IMG/VR virus record: IMGVR_UViG_3300022895_000008
Span: 1-38,390 of that record
Reading direction: 5' to 3' (one strand)
Origin: a virus
Taxonomy: Duplodnaviria > Caudoviricetes
DNA: 38,390 nt
Position 1 is the stretch's first letter, and each line of letters begins with the position of its first letter. Shown in pieces: positions 1-6,408 of the stretch. The notes beneath the pieces are model-generated. The model ran no database searches and was not told the DNA's origin. It was given only the letters and a program-made list of their open reading frames with translations. The position numbers and the translations under genes were made by a program.

Positions 1-127
1 CATTTTCGGCGGCGACAATGAATTAATCGAATACATGCAACGTGCGGTGGGCTATTCATTGTGTGGGAGTACAGAGGAACAAGTGATGTTCATTCTTTAC
101 GGAAATGGGCGAAACGGTAAATCTGTA
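1..127. repeat. Terminal overlap identical to 38264-38390 (circular assembly overlap)
   Basis: First 127 nt read identically to the last 127 nt; the primase ORF is in frame across the junction. Confidence 0.97.
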
Positions 128-880
128 TTTCTGGATATAGTCACCGAGTTATTCGGCAGTTATGCGACAAACATTCAACCACAAACAATCATGGTAAAGT
201 CGCAGACGTCCGGCGCAAATAGTGACATTGCCAGATTAAACGGTGCAAGGTTCGTTACGGCGGCAGAATCCGGCGACGGTGTGCGATTGGACGAAGGGCT
301 AGTAAAACAATTGACTGGCGGCGATAAAGTAACAGCGCGTTTCCAGTACGAAAATGAATTTGATTTTAGCCCACAATTTAAATTATGGCTATGTACGAAT
401 CACAAGCCGATTATTCGCGGCACAGACGAGGGGATATGGCGGCGTCTCGCAATTGTTCCATTCGATGTTTATATTCCAGACGATAAAGTCGATTATCATT
501 TGAAATCGAAGTTAAAGCGAGAGATAAAAGGGATCTTGAAATGGGCAGTTGAAGGATTTACAAAATGGCAAGAAACCGGATTGAATGAGCCTAAAACGGT
601 AAAGAAACAACGTACCGAGTACCGGACGGAAATGGATAGCGTAGAGAATTTTATAAATGAATGCTGCGTGAGAGATCCGAGAAAGCGCGGCAAGGCGAAA
701 CCGTTATTTTCTGCATACAGAGAGTGGGCAATTGAAAACAACCAATATCAAATGTCTAGTACGAAATTCGGGCGAGAAATGGGCAAGAAATTCGAGAAAA
801 TCAAATCCGAGGGCACGAATATGTATGTGGGCGTTTCATTGAAACCATTCGAAACACAAATTTTTACAATGAATTATTAA
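1..880 (+). CDS. C-terminal SF3 (D5/P4-type) helicase part of the primase that starts at 36822
   Basis: Walker A GNGRNGKS, KQLTGGDKVTAR, TNHKP, WRRLAIVPF; ATG 35 corresponds to 38298, in frame with ATG 36822. Confidence 0.95.
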   Translation, partial: IFGGDNELIEYMQRAVGYSLCGSTEEQVMFILYGNGRNGKSVFLDIVTELFGSYATNIQPQTIMVKSQTSGANSDIARLNGARFVTAAESGDGVRLDEGLVKQLTGGDKVTARFQYENEFDFSPQFKLWLCTNHKPIIRGTDEGIWRRLAIVPFDVYIPDDKVDYHLKSKLKREIKGILKWAVEGFTKWQETGLNEPKTVKKQRTEYRTEMDSVENFINECCVRDPRKRGKAKPLFSAYREWAIENNQYQMSSTKFGREMGKKFEKIKSEGTNMYVGVSLKPFETQIFTMNY

Positions 881-882
881 AC

Positions 883-1090
883 CGGGGATAGTTAAGGGAT
901 AGTTAAGGGAGAGTTTTCGTTCAAACTATCCCTGCTAACAAAGCCAGTAATGGCAACGGTTCGTGAAGTCGTTATTTTTCTTTAGGGATAGTAGGGATAC
1001 TTTTTCTTATAAAGTTTTAAAAGAAATATAAATATAAATATATATATAAAGATATAGGAAAACGGCTCAAACCGTCCAAACTATCCCTGT
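883..1090. other. Putative lytic replication origin
   Basis: Direct and inverted GGGATAG(TT)/AACTATCCC repeats around an AT-rich tract, directly after the primase gene. Confidence 0.6.
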
Positions 1091-1116
1091 TTTATATTTT
1101 TTGGGGGTGATTATAC

Positions 1117-1290
1117 ATGATAGATAGCAAAGTAATTATAAGTGGCATTAGAGCAAATATATATGTAGATGGGAAATTGATTCCCTTAAAACCGGCTGAA
1201 ATAACAATGGCATACGAAACCGAGAAAGAGGGTTCTGAAACCGATGAAAGAAATCGACGTTCAAAATTCGATCCGATTAGCATTAAATGA
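1117..1290 (+). CDS. Small hypothetical protein (57 aa, MIDSKVIISG...)
   Basis: GGGGGTGA RBS upstream of ATG; below ORF-track cutoff. Confidence 0.55.
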   Translation: MIDSKVIISGIRANIYVDGKLIPLKPAEITMAYETEKEGSETDERNRRSKFDPISIK

Positions 1291-1555
1291 GATCGCCGTT
1301 GTATTTCGTGCTAACGTTGGCACATTTTATACAAGGGATGGACGAGCCGTAAATACTGGATTGCCGAAAGGCTTTTCGGATTTATTCGGCTTTCGGAAAT
1401 CAGACGGACGCATGTTTTTTATTGAGGTAAAGAATGAAACCGGACGAGCAAGCGCAGACCAAAAACATTTTATCGAAACTATGAAAAAATATGGGGCAAT
1501 TACTGGCATTGCGAGAAATGCAGAAGAAGCCGTAAAAATTGTCAAAGGTGAGTAA
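1244..1555 (+). CDS. VRR-NUC domain nuclease
   Basis: GLPKGFSDLFG...FFIEVK...Q PD-(D/E)xK motif. Confidence 0.9.
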   Translation: MKEIDVQNSIRLALNEIAVVFRANVGTFYTRDGRAVNTGLPKGFSDLFGFRKSDGRMFFIEVKNETGRASADQKHFIETMKKYGAITGIARNAEEAVKIVKGE

Positions 1556-1556
1556 T

Positions 1557-1781
1557 ATGGAAAATTCGAATAAACCATTTCGCATTACGATTAAACGTTC
1601 GAACGTTGTTCAGTTGGAAACAGCAATAGAAGATTTAATAAAACGAGGGTTTCATCTGATAAAACGAGGGATTACAGAAAATGAAGTAGCTTGCTATTCA
1701 ACAACGAATAAAAAGCATTCGAAGTATGATTTTAACGGTACAACGAAATACAACCGAGCATGGGCAATATTAGAGAGATAA
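1557..1781 (+). CDS. Hypothetical phage protein
   Basis: ATG after AAAGGTGA RBS, coupled to previous stop. Confidence 0.7.
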   Translation: MENSNKPFRITIKRSNVVQLETAIEDLIKRGFHLIKRGITENEVACYSTTNKKHSKYDFNGTTKYNRAWAILER

Positions 1782-1804
1782 AAATATAAAGGTGGACACT
1801 TACA

Positions 1805-2242
1805 ATGACCGAAACAATGAAAATCCGAAAAGGCACAGTTAAACATGTAGAAATGGAGTTATTCGATTATCACGAGACAGTTAAACGAATTAAGGCACGA
1901 CGCGACGAATTAATGTCTAATACAGTACCAGAAGGGCGAGCAGTAATAAGCACTAGCGAAATCGAGCCGTTACGTTACAATTCATCGACAGAGCGACTAG
2001 GAATCCGTTTAGCATCGGATAGACAGTTGCAGGAAATGGAACGTATAGCAAAAGCGATTGAACATGTTTACAACGTATGCGACGCCGAGCGAAAAGAGTT
2101 AATACGGATTAAGTATTGGGCGAAACCGCAAAAGTTAACATGGGAAGGGATCGCCGCGGAATTACATATCTCGCGTGCAACAGCTTTTCGTTGGCGTGAT
2201 GAAATCATACAAGCATTATCAGAGCGTTTAGGATGGTACTAG
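1805..2242 (+). CDS. rinA: RinA/ArpU-family late transcription activator
   Basis: C-terminal sigma-4-like HTH ELIRIKYW...LTWEGIAAELHISRATAFRWRDEII...LGW; position at end of early region. Confidence 0.85.
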   Translation: MTETMKIRKGTVKHVEMELFDYHETVKRIKARRDELMSNTVPEGRAVISTSEIEPLRYNSSTERLGIRLASDRQLQEMERIAKAIEHVYNVCDAERKELIRIKYWAKPQKLTWEGIAAELHISRATAFRWRDEIIQALSERLGWY

Positions 2243-2425
2243 ACGAAAATTAATTACCGTACTTCTATACAACATTTTATACATAAAATTAGCTTTTCAC
2301 TGTATTAGTTACTTTTTGTAAGTGTACACAAACAGCGATTTTATAGCGAATGTATGAAAAATGTATAACGTTATTTTTTAGATAAGTTTGCAAACATTGA
2401 TATATCAATGCTTTAAGATTAATCA

Positions 2426-2453
2426 AGGTTACATAATGCAAATTAGAGGAAGC
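2426..2453 (-). other. dif-like XerC/XerD recombination site
   Basis: Minus strand GCTTCCTCTAA-TTTGCA-TTATGTAACCT versus B. subtilis dif ACTTCCTAGAA-TATATA-TTATGTAAACT (11-6-11). Confidence 0.75.
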
Positions 2454-2506
2454 TAGAAATTTATAAAAATACATGCAGTATTCAATACATTTTTTTTGGA
2501 CAAAGA

Positions 2507-2523
2507 TTGCATTTTAAATGCAA
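2507..2523. promoter_or_regulatory. Putative CI/Cro operator TTGCA-N7-TGCAA
   Basis: TTGCATTTTAAATGCAA; same palindrome as in the cro promoter. Confidence 0.7.
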
Positions 2524-2542
2524 ATTGAAAGGCGGTATTAAC

Positions 2543-2758
2543 ATGGTAATTTTCACAGGCGCAAAAAAAGCAATATTATCAATGTCAAACGGTACAACAG
2601 TTATTTTCGAAGATAAACAATTACAACAATTTTTAATGCAACTTAATCATAAGGGAGAATTCAAAGGCGGCGATTTATTTATCACTGATTATGAGAACGT
2701 AGTCACGACGCATATTTTTTACTGGCAACATGTAGTTTCAATTCAAGTAGTTTATTAA
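2543..2758 (+). CDS. Hypothetical protein
   Basis: AAAGGCGG RBS; ORF track. Confidence 0.75.
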   Translation: MVIFTGAKKAILSMSNGTTVIFEDKQLQQFLMQLNHKGEFKGGDLFITDYENVVTTHIFYWQHVVSIQVVY

Positions 2759-2770
2759 GGCGGTACTAAC

Positions 2771-3004
2771 ATGAAAAGATATTTATTATTCGGTTTTACA
2801 CCGTTTCCGTTTTTGCCGCGCGGCGGTGCAGATGATTTAAAAGGGCATTTCGATTATTTTTTCGAAATTCATAAATATATAGATACATTAGGAAATCAAA
2901 ATCCCTATTATAATGTGTTGGACACAGAAACAGGCGCGATATATCAATTCGATGCAGATAGAGAGGTATTTTATGAGACAGAAAACGCCGTTAACGGAAA
3001 TTAA
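2771..3004 (+). CDS. Hypothetical protein
   Basis: AAGGCGG RBS; MKRYLLFG...PRGGADDLKGHFD. Confidence 0.75.
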   Translation: MKRYLLFGFTPFPFLPRGGADDLKGHFDYFFEIHKYIDTLGNQNPYYNVLDTETGAIYQFDADREVFYETENAVNGN

Positions 3005-3191
3005 AACGATAGATACACGTAGCGAGCAAGAAAAACAAATACAAGCTATTAGAGATAGTATTCAAGTGACAGTAGAGGCGGCAAAAGCAACGTCACAAGT
3101 TGCAATGGCACAATTTAAGGGATTAACGGAACAAGGATTTACAGAACAACAAGCAATGGAAATTATTCTGGCGCATCCAATATGGAAGTAG
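2973..3191 (+). CDS. Hypothetical protein
   Basis: GAGAGGT RBS; helical, ends QGFTEQQAMEII. Confidence 0.7.
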   Translation: MRQKTPLTEIKTIDTRSEQEKQIQAIRDSIQVTVEAAKATSQVAMAQFKGLTEQGFTEQQAMEIILAHPIWK

Positions 3192-3260
3192 AAATATCAA
3201 ATTTTTATATGGTTATCAGCTGAAAAATATCACATGTTTATTATGAGAGGAAAGAAAAAA

Positions 3261-3485
3261 ATGATTATCAACCATTTCATGCAAGTTTCAAAATTGACGA
3301 ATGATTGTCCTAGTTGCGGTAGTGACAAATTAGGGAATGGACAAGGGGCATTAATCGTAGACGAAAACATTTATAAGAGAACGTGCAAATGCGGATTTAA
3401 TTTCGAGTATGACACAAACAACGGTACAACACGCGGCAAGGTACAAAAAGCTATTAATCAAGCATTAGAAGCAATGCAGGTATAA
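3261..3485 (+). CDS. Zinc-ribbon protein, DUF3797-like
   Basis: CPSCGSDKLGNGQG...KRTCKCG. Confidence 0.7.
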   Translation: MIINHFMQVSKLTNDCPSCGSDKLGNGQGALIVDENIYKRTCKCGFNFEYDTNNGTTRGKVQKAINQALEAMQV

Positions 3486-3502
3486 ATTTTTTTAAAAAAT
3501 AA

Positions 3503-3519
3503 TTGCACTGTAAATGCAA
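3503..3519. promoter_or_regulatory. Putative CI/Cro operator TTGCA-N7-TGCAA
   Basis: TTGCACTGTAAATGCAA. Confidence 0.7.
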
Positions 3520-3520
3520 A

Positions 3521-3563
3521 CATGAGACTTTTGGCGTCACATTCCATGTTAATATGTTAAAGT
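3521..3563 (+). promoter_or_regulatory. Putative RinA-dependent late promoter
   Basis: ATGAGACTTTT followed by TG-extended -10-like TGTTAATAT/TGTTAAAGT without a canonical -35; resembles sequence I recall following rinA genes (inference). Confidence 0.45.
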
Positions 3564-3564
3564 A

Positions 3565-3771
3565 AGCAATTACGCAAAAGGCATTGTAAGTGTCCTTCTC
3601 TTTATTGGTTCGGTGTGGGGGCTATATTTAGCCCTTACATGTTATTAGATTGAATCGGCGGCTATGTTCTTTCATTCATTGAAGCATCCGAAAAATAAAA
3701 CCTACCTCAATCATAGTTCTAACCGTTTTTTGTAACCTAGATTGCATAGCCGTCGATTGAGTCTAATAAAC
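3565..3771 (+). ncRNA. Candidate structured RNA
   Basis: Hairpin 3615-3638 and a 25-bp stem 3642-3666/3745-3769; G-U pairs favour the + strand. Confidence 0.55.
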
Positions 3772-3794
3772 CTATAAACCTTTTATTTTTACCT

Positions 3795-3823
3795 AGTCAC
3801 GTTCATTTGAGCGTGATTTTTTT
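3795..3823 (+). terminator. Intrinsic terminator (AGTCAC family copy 1)
   Basis: AGTCACGTTC-ATTT-GAGCGTGATT plus T run. Confidence 0.75.
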
Positions 3824-3863
3824 CTTAACTTTTTTTCACTTTTTTATAAATTAATTACAAAAT

Positions 3864-3896
3864 TATATTGACGTGAGTCAATATAGATGATATAAT
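3864..3896 (+). promoter_or_regulatory. SigA promoter with overlapping palindromic operator
   Basis: TTGACG(3868)-17 bp-TATAAT(3891); inverted repeat TATATTGAC-N4-GTCAATATA 3864-3885. Confidence 0.85.
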
Positions 3897-3921
3897 TAAA
3901 GTATAGAAAGGGGGTAAGGAA

Positions 3922-4053
3922 ATGGAACTTGAAAGAGTAGTAGCGCTAACGGCATTCATTAACTTAGCAATCGCACTAGTTAACTTGCAAACAGCGAAAG
4001 TAAACAGCAAGAAAAGCAAGGAAAACGAAAAAGACACTACTTCAGAGAAGTAG
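3922..4053 (+). CDS. 43-aa hydrophobic peptide, putative type I toxin
   Basis: MELERVVALTAFINLAIALVNLQTAKVNSKKSKENEKDTTSEK; GAAAGGGGGT RBS; hydrophobic helix plus charged tail. Confidence 0.75.
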   Translation: MELERVVALTAFINLAIALVNLQTAKVNSKKSKENEKDTTSEK

Positions 4054-4106
4054 CGCCCACAAGAAAAATTAAAACAGAAGGTTAAGGCTGACACCCTTAG
4101 CCTTCT
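4028..4106 (-). ncRNA. Putative antisense antitoxin RNA (about 80 nt)
   Basis: Minus-strand promoter TTGTAT(4141-4136)-17 bp-TATATT(4118-4113); terminator GGCGCTACTTC-TCT-GAAGTAGTGTC-TTTTT overlapping the peptide stop codon. Confidence 0.7.
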
Positions 4107-4155
4107 ACCCTAAATATAAACGATAATGAAATACTATACAATAGAGGTGAATGTT

Positions 4156-4245
4156 ATGGAAAAACTAACTATAATTTTAAATGTAGCTACTTTGCTAGTA
4201 GTGTGCGCGACGATGGTTATTTTAATAAAAAGCAGAAAAAAATGA
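4156..4245 (+). CDS. 29-aa single-helix membrane peptide
   Basis: MEKLTIILNVATLLVVCATMVILIKSRKK; GAGGTGA RBS. Confidence 0.75.
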   Translation: MEKLTIILNVATLLVVCATMVILIKSRKK

Positions 4246-4261
4246 TAGGTGGCAAAATAAA

Positions 4262-4483
4262 ATGAAAAACTACTCTTTCAAGTCACAAGAAGAACTAACG
4301 GAATTTATACGAAACGAAATAATCAATACGTCGGAAGCGTTGGAAATATTACAATGCTCCAGACAAAATTTAAATAATTTGGTACAACGCGGCGTATTGA
4401 ATCCTATTAAGGATTTACCGCGTGACCGATTATTTTATCGAGAGGATATTGTAAAACGTAAAAATGATATGGATAAAAAATAA
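4262..4483 (+). CDS. Excisionase/MerR-like HTH DNA-binding protein
   Basis: INTSEALEILQCSRQNLNNLVQRGVLNP...RLFYREDI. Confidence 0.85.
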   Translation: MKNYSFKSQEELTEFIRNEIINTSEALEILQCSRQNLNNLVQRGVLNPIKDLPRDRLFYREDIVKRKNDMDKK

Positions 4484-4492
4484 TAAATAACT

Positions 4493-4528
4493 AAGTCACA
4501 TTCATTCCGAGTGTGGCTTTTTATTATG
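4493..4528 (+). terminator. Intrinsic terminator (AGTCAC family copy 2)
   Basis: AAGTCACATTC-ATTCC-GAGTGTGGCTT-TTTATTATG. Confidence 0.8.
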
Positions 4529-4530
4529 AA

Positions 4531-4557
4531 TAAAAAACCGAGCATTTAAGCCCGGTT
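4531..4557 (-). terminator. hicAB terminator
   Basis: Minus strand ACCGGGC-TTAAAT-GCTCGGT-TTTTT. Confidence 0.75.
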
Positions 4558-4967
4558 CAGTCTTTGCTAATAATTCCTAGACGTTCTTTGATAGCGTATG
4601 AAAGCAATTGAGAAAAGTTTATATTTTCTTTTTCGCCGGCATCGTTTAGCCATTTAGGAATAGTTAATGTTTTTTTAACTGCTTTATTTTCCATTTCTTC
4701 ACGAATGTAATCCGTTCTAACTTCGATAATAGAGATAAAAGCACCTTTAGGAAGTGTAGAAGCATCTGGAATTGAAGGGGTAGGAATTGTTTCGTTATCT
4801 TCTTCCATTCCGTATAAGTAGCCGGCTAGTGCATCTTTAGCCATTAATAACGCTTCTTCTAGGTCGCTACCTTCGGTAATGCATCCAGGTAAGTCCGGGA
4901 ATGTTACAGTGAAACCTTCGTTATTGCCTTCGGGTTCAATAATTGAGTGAAAATAGTATTTAGCCAT
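4557..4967 (-). CDS. hicB: HicB antitoxin
   Basis: VTFPDLPGCITEGSDLEEALLMAKDALAG...IPTPS; C-terminal VKKTLTIPKWL...INFSQLL. Confidence 0.95.
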   Translation of the reverse strand: MAKYYFHSIIEPEGNNEGFTVTFPDLPGCITEGSDLEEALLMAKDALAGYLYGMEEDNETIPTPSIPDASTLPKGAFISIIEVRTDYIREEMENKAVKKTLTIPKWLNDAGEKENINFSQLLSYAIKERLGIISKD

Positions 4968-4993
4968 ATATATATAACCTCCAAGAGGGAGGG

Positions 4994-5179
4994 CTATTTC
5001 AGCCCTGCCTGTTTTAGTATTTTGTTTTCAGTTTTTGTTAGTAAATCTTTTCTAGGATGGGGAACTGTTACTTTACCTTTCTTAGTAGGATGTTTGAAGT
5101 GGTGATGACTTCCTACAATACTATGTAATGTCCATCCGTCTTGCTGTAATAACTTAATGACTTCTCTTGAGGATATAAT
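4994..5179 (-). CDS. hicA: HicA toxin (61 aa) with non-canonical ATT/ATA start
   Basis: (I)ISSREVIKLLQQDGWTLHSIVGSHHHFKHPTKKGKVTVPHPRKDL...ILKQAGLK; AAGGAG RBS 7 nt before ATT; missing from the ORF track. Confidence 0.9.
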   Translation of the reverse strand: MISSREVIKLLQQDGWTLHSIVGSHHHFKHPTKKGKVTVPHPRKDLLTKTENKILKQAGLK

Positions 5180-5203
5180 GTTTCAACTCCTTTCTATACT
5201 CTT

Positions 5204-5232
5204 ATTATAACACGTATGATTTATACGTGCAA
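5204..5232 (-). promoter_or_regulatory. hicAB promoter with palindromic operator
   Basis: Minus strand TTGCAC-17 bp-TATAAT; inverted repeat CACGTAT-N5-ATACGTG 5211-5229. Confidence 0.85.
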
Positions 5233-5252
5233 CTATTTTTTTATATTTATTT

Positions 5253-5283
5253 AAGTCACTTTTTTAAGTGGCTTTTTATTATG
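5253..5283 (+). terminator. Intrinsic terminator (AGTCAC family copy 3)
   Basis: AAGTCACTT-TTTT-AAGTGGCTT-TTTATTATG. Confidence 0.75.
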
Positions 5284-5285
5284 TC

Positions 5286-5421
5286 TTGAAAACTGAATCA
5301 TACAGCCAATACAAATAACAATGGACTAGTTAACGGGCGAGTAAGTATCTTAGAAACTAGATACCGAAAAGTGCCGGCATGTACTAGTAACCGACAGGGC
5401 GGAGTATGGTGCAGTTTTGAA
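5286..5421 (+). ncRNA. Candidate rod-like structured RNA closed by a boxA-like stem
   Basis: AAAACTGAATCATAC(5289-5303) pairs with GTATGGTGCAGTTTT(5404-5418); nested ACTAGT/ACTAGT, GGC/GCC and GTATCT/AGATAC stems. Confidence 0.55.
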
Positions 5422-5445
5422 AACATAAATAAACGAGGTGAGAGC

Positions 5446-5835
5446 ATGAAAAGAAGTTGTTCATATTGTGGGCGTATACATGAGCGTTCATATACATGTA
5501 GCGCACGTGTGAAGCCTTCTAAGAAGGTAACACATATAGACAAGTTTAGATGGACAAAGGCATGGCAACACAAGCGCAAGTACATAAGAGAACGCGACAA
5601 CAATCTATGCCAGATATGTTTAAGACTTAGATACAACACAACGCAGCAGTACAATTTTGAAGCGTTAGAAGTACATCATATAGAGCCAGTGGTGAGCGCA
5701 TGGGATAGACGGCTAGATGATAGCAACTTAATAACCTTATGCAGAGAACACCACGAACAAGCAGAGGGTGGAGAGATACCACGCTATGAGCTAGAAGCAA
5801 TAGCACATGAGAATAACGAGAAATATAAATTATAA
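5446..5835 (+). CDS. HNH endonuclease (packaging-associated)
   Basis: RDNNLCQIC...EVHHIEP...NLITLCREHH; GAGGTGA RBS; directly before terS. Confidence 0.93.
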   Translation: MKRSCSYCGRIHERSYTCSARVKPSKKVTHIDKFRWTKAWQHKRKYIRERDNNLCQICLRLRYNTTQQYNFEALEVHHIEPVVSAWDRRLDDSNLITLCREHHEQAEGGEIPRYELEAIAHENNEKYKL

Positions 5836-5885
5836 ATTACATCCCCCCGGGGTAAAAATTTATTTTTGGGAAAAGTCGGGTACAC

Positions 5886-5894
5886 CGACTGCCC
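5886..5894 (+). other. Putative cos cohesive end CGACTGCCC
   Basis: GC-rich 9-mer between HNH and terS; same as the 3' overhang I recall for several Paenibacillus larvae phages. Confidence 0.65.
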
Positions 5895-5946
5895 CCATTT
5901 ATTTAAAAAATTTTCCCGAAATGAAAAATGGAAATGAGGTGAGAAA

Positions 5947-6408
5947 ATGGCTAGACCATCCAAAAGCGTAAATACCATGTCAAAGAATTTAACAAAAGAA
6001 GAAATTCAAAAGCGTAAAGAAACCGAGGATAAACTAAAAGGGGCTAGTGACAATATTTCTCCGCCTGCACATTTGAGTTTGTCACAACGGAAAATTTTTA
6101 AATACATTGTGGGCGAGTTAGAAGCTAGCGGCATCTTAGGAAATTTAGATATTTATATCCTGGCAACATGTTCGATTGCTATTGACCGTTTACAAGCGAT
6201 TGAGAAAACAATAAACGAAGATTTTAATATGATTTTCGATAAAACATTATTGTCTGCAAAAGATAAATATACAAAAGACTTATTCCGTTGTACCAATGAA
6301 TTATCATTGTCTCCACAGGCACGCGCGAAAATCGGAAACATTAATTTCGAGAAGCAAAAAGAGCAAGGCGATCCGTTGCTAAAAGTTTTGAAGGGCGGCG
6401 GTAAGTAA
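5947..6408 (+). CDS. terS: Terminase small subunit (P27 family)
   Basis: MARPSK...PPAHLS...ELSLSPQARAKI. Confidence 0.92.
   Translation: MARPSKSVNTMSKNLTKEEIQKRKETEDKLKGASDNISPPAHLSLSQRKIFKYIVGELEASGILGNLDIYILATCSIAIDRLQAIEKTINEDFNMIFDKTLLSAKDKYTKDLFRCTNELSLSPQARAKIGNINFEKQKEQGDPLLKVLKGGGK

Noticed and set aside
35-880. Stand-alone truncated helicase or pseudogene
   Set aside because: It is in frame with the ORF from 36822 across the circular junction
4262-4483. Excisionase implying chromosomal integration
   Set aside because: No integrase or att context; the gene lies in the peptide operon and fits an autoregulator better
5321-5395. Hammerhead or other known ribozyme/riboswitch
   Set aside because: No CUGANGA core or other consensus that I can match; kept only as an unclassified structured RNA
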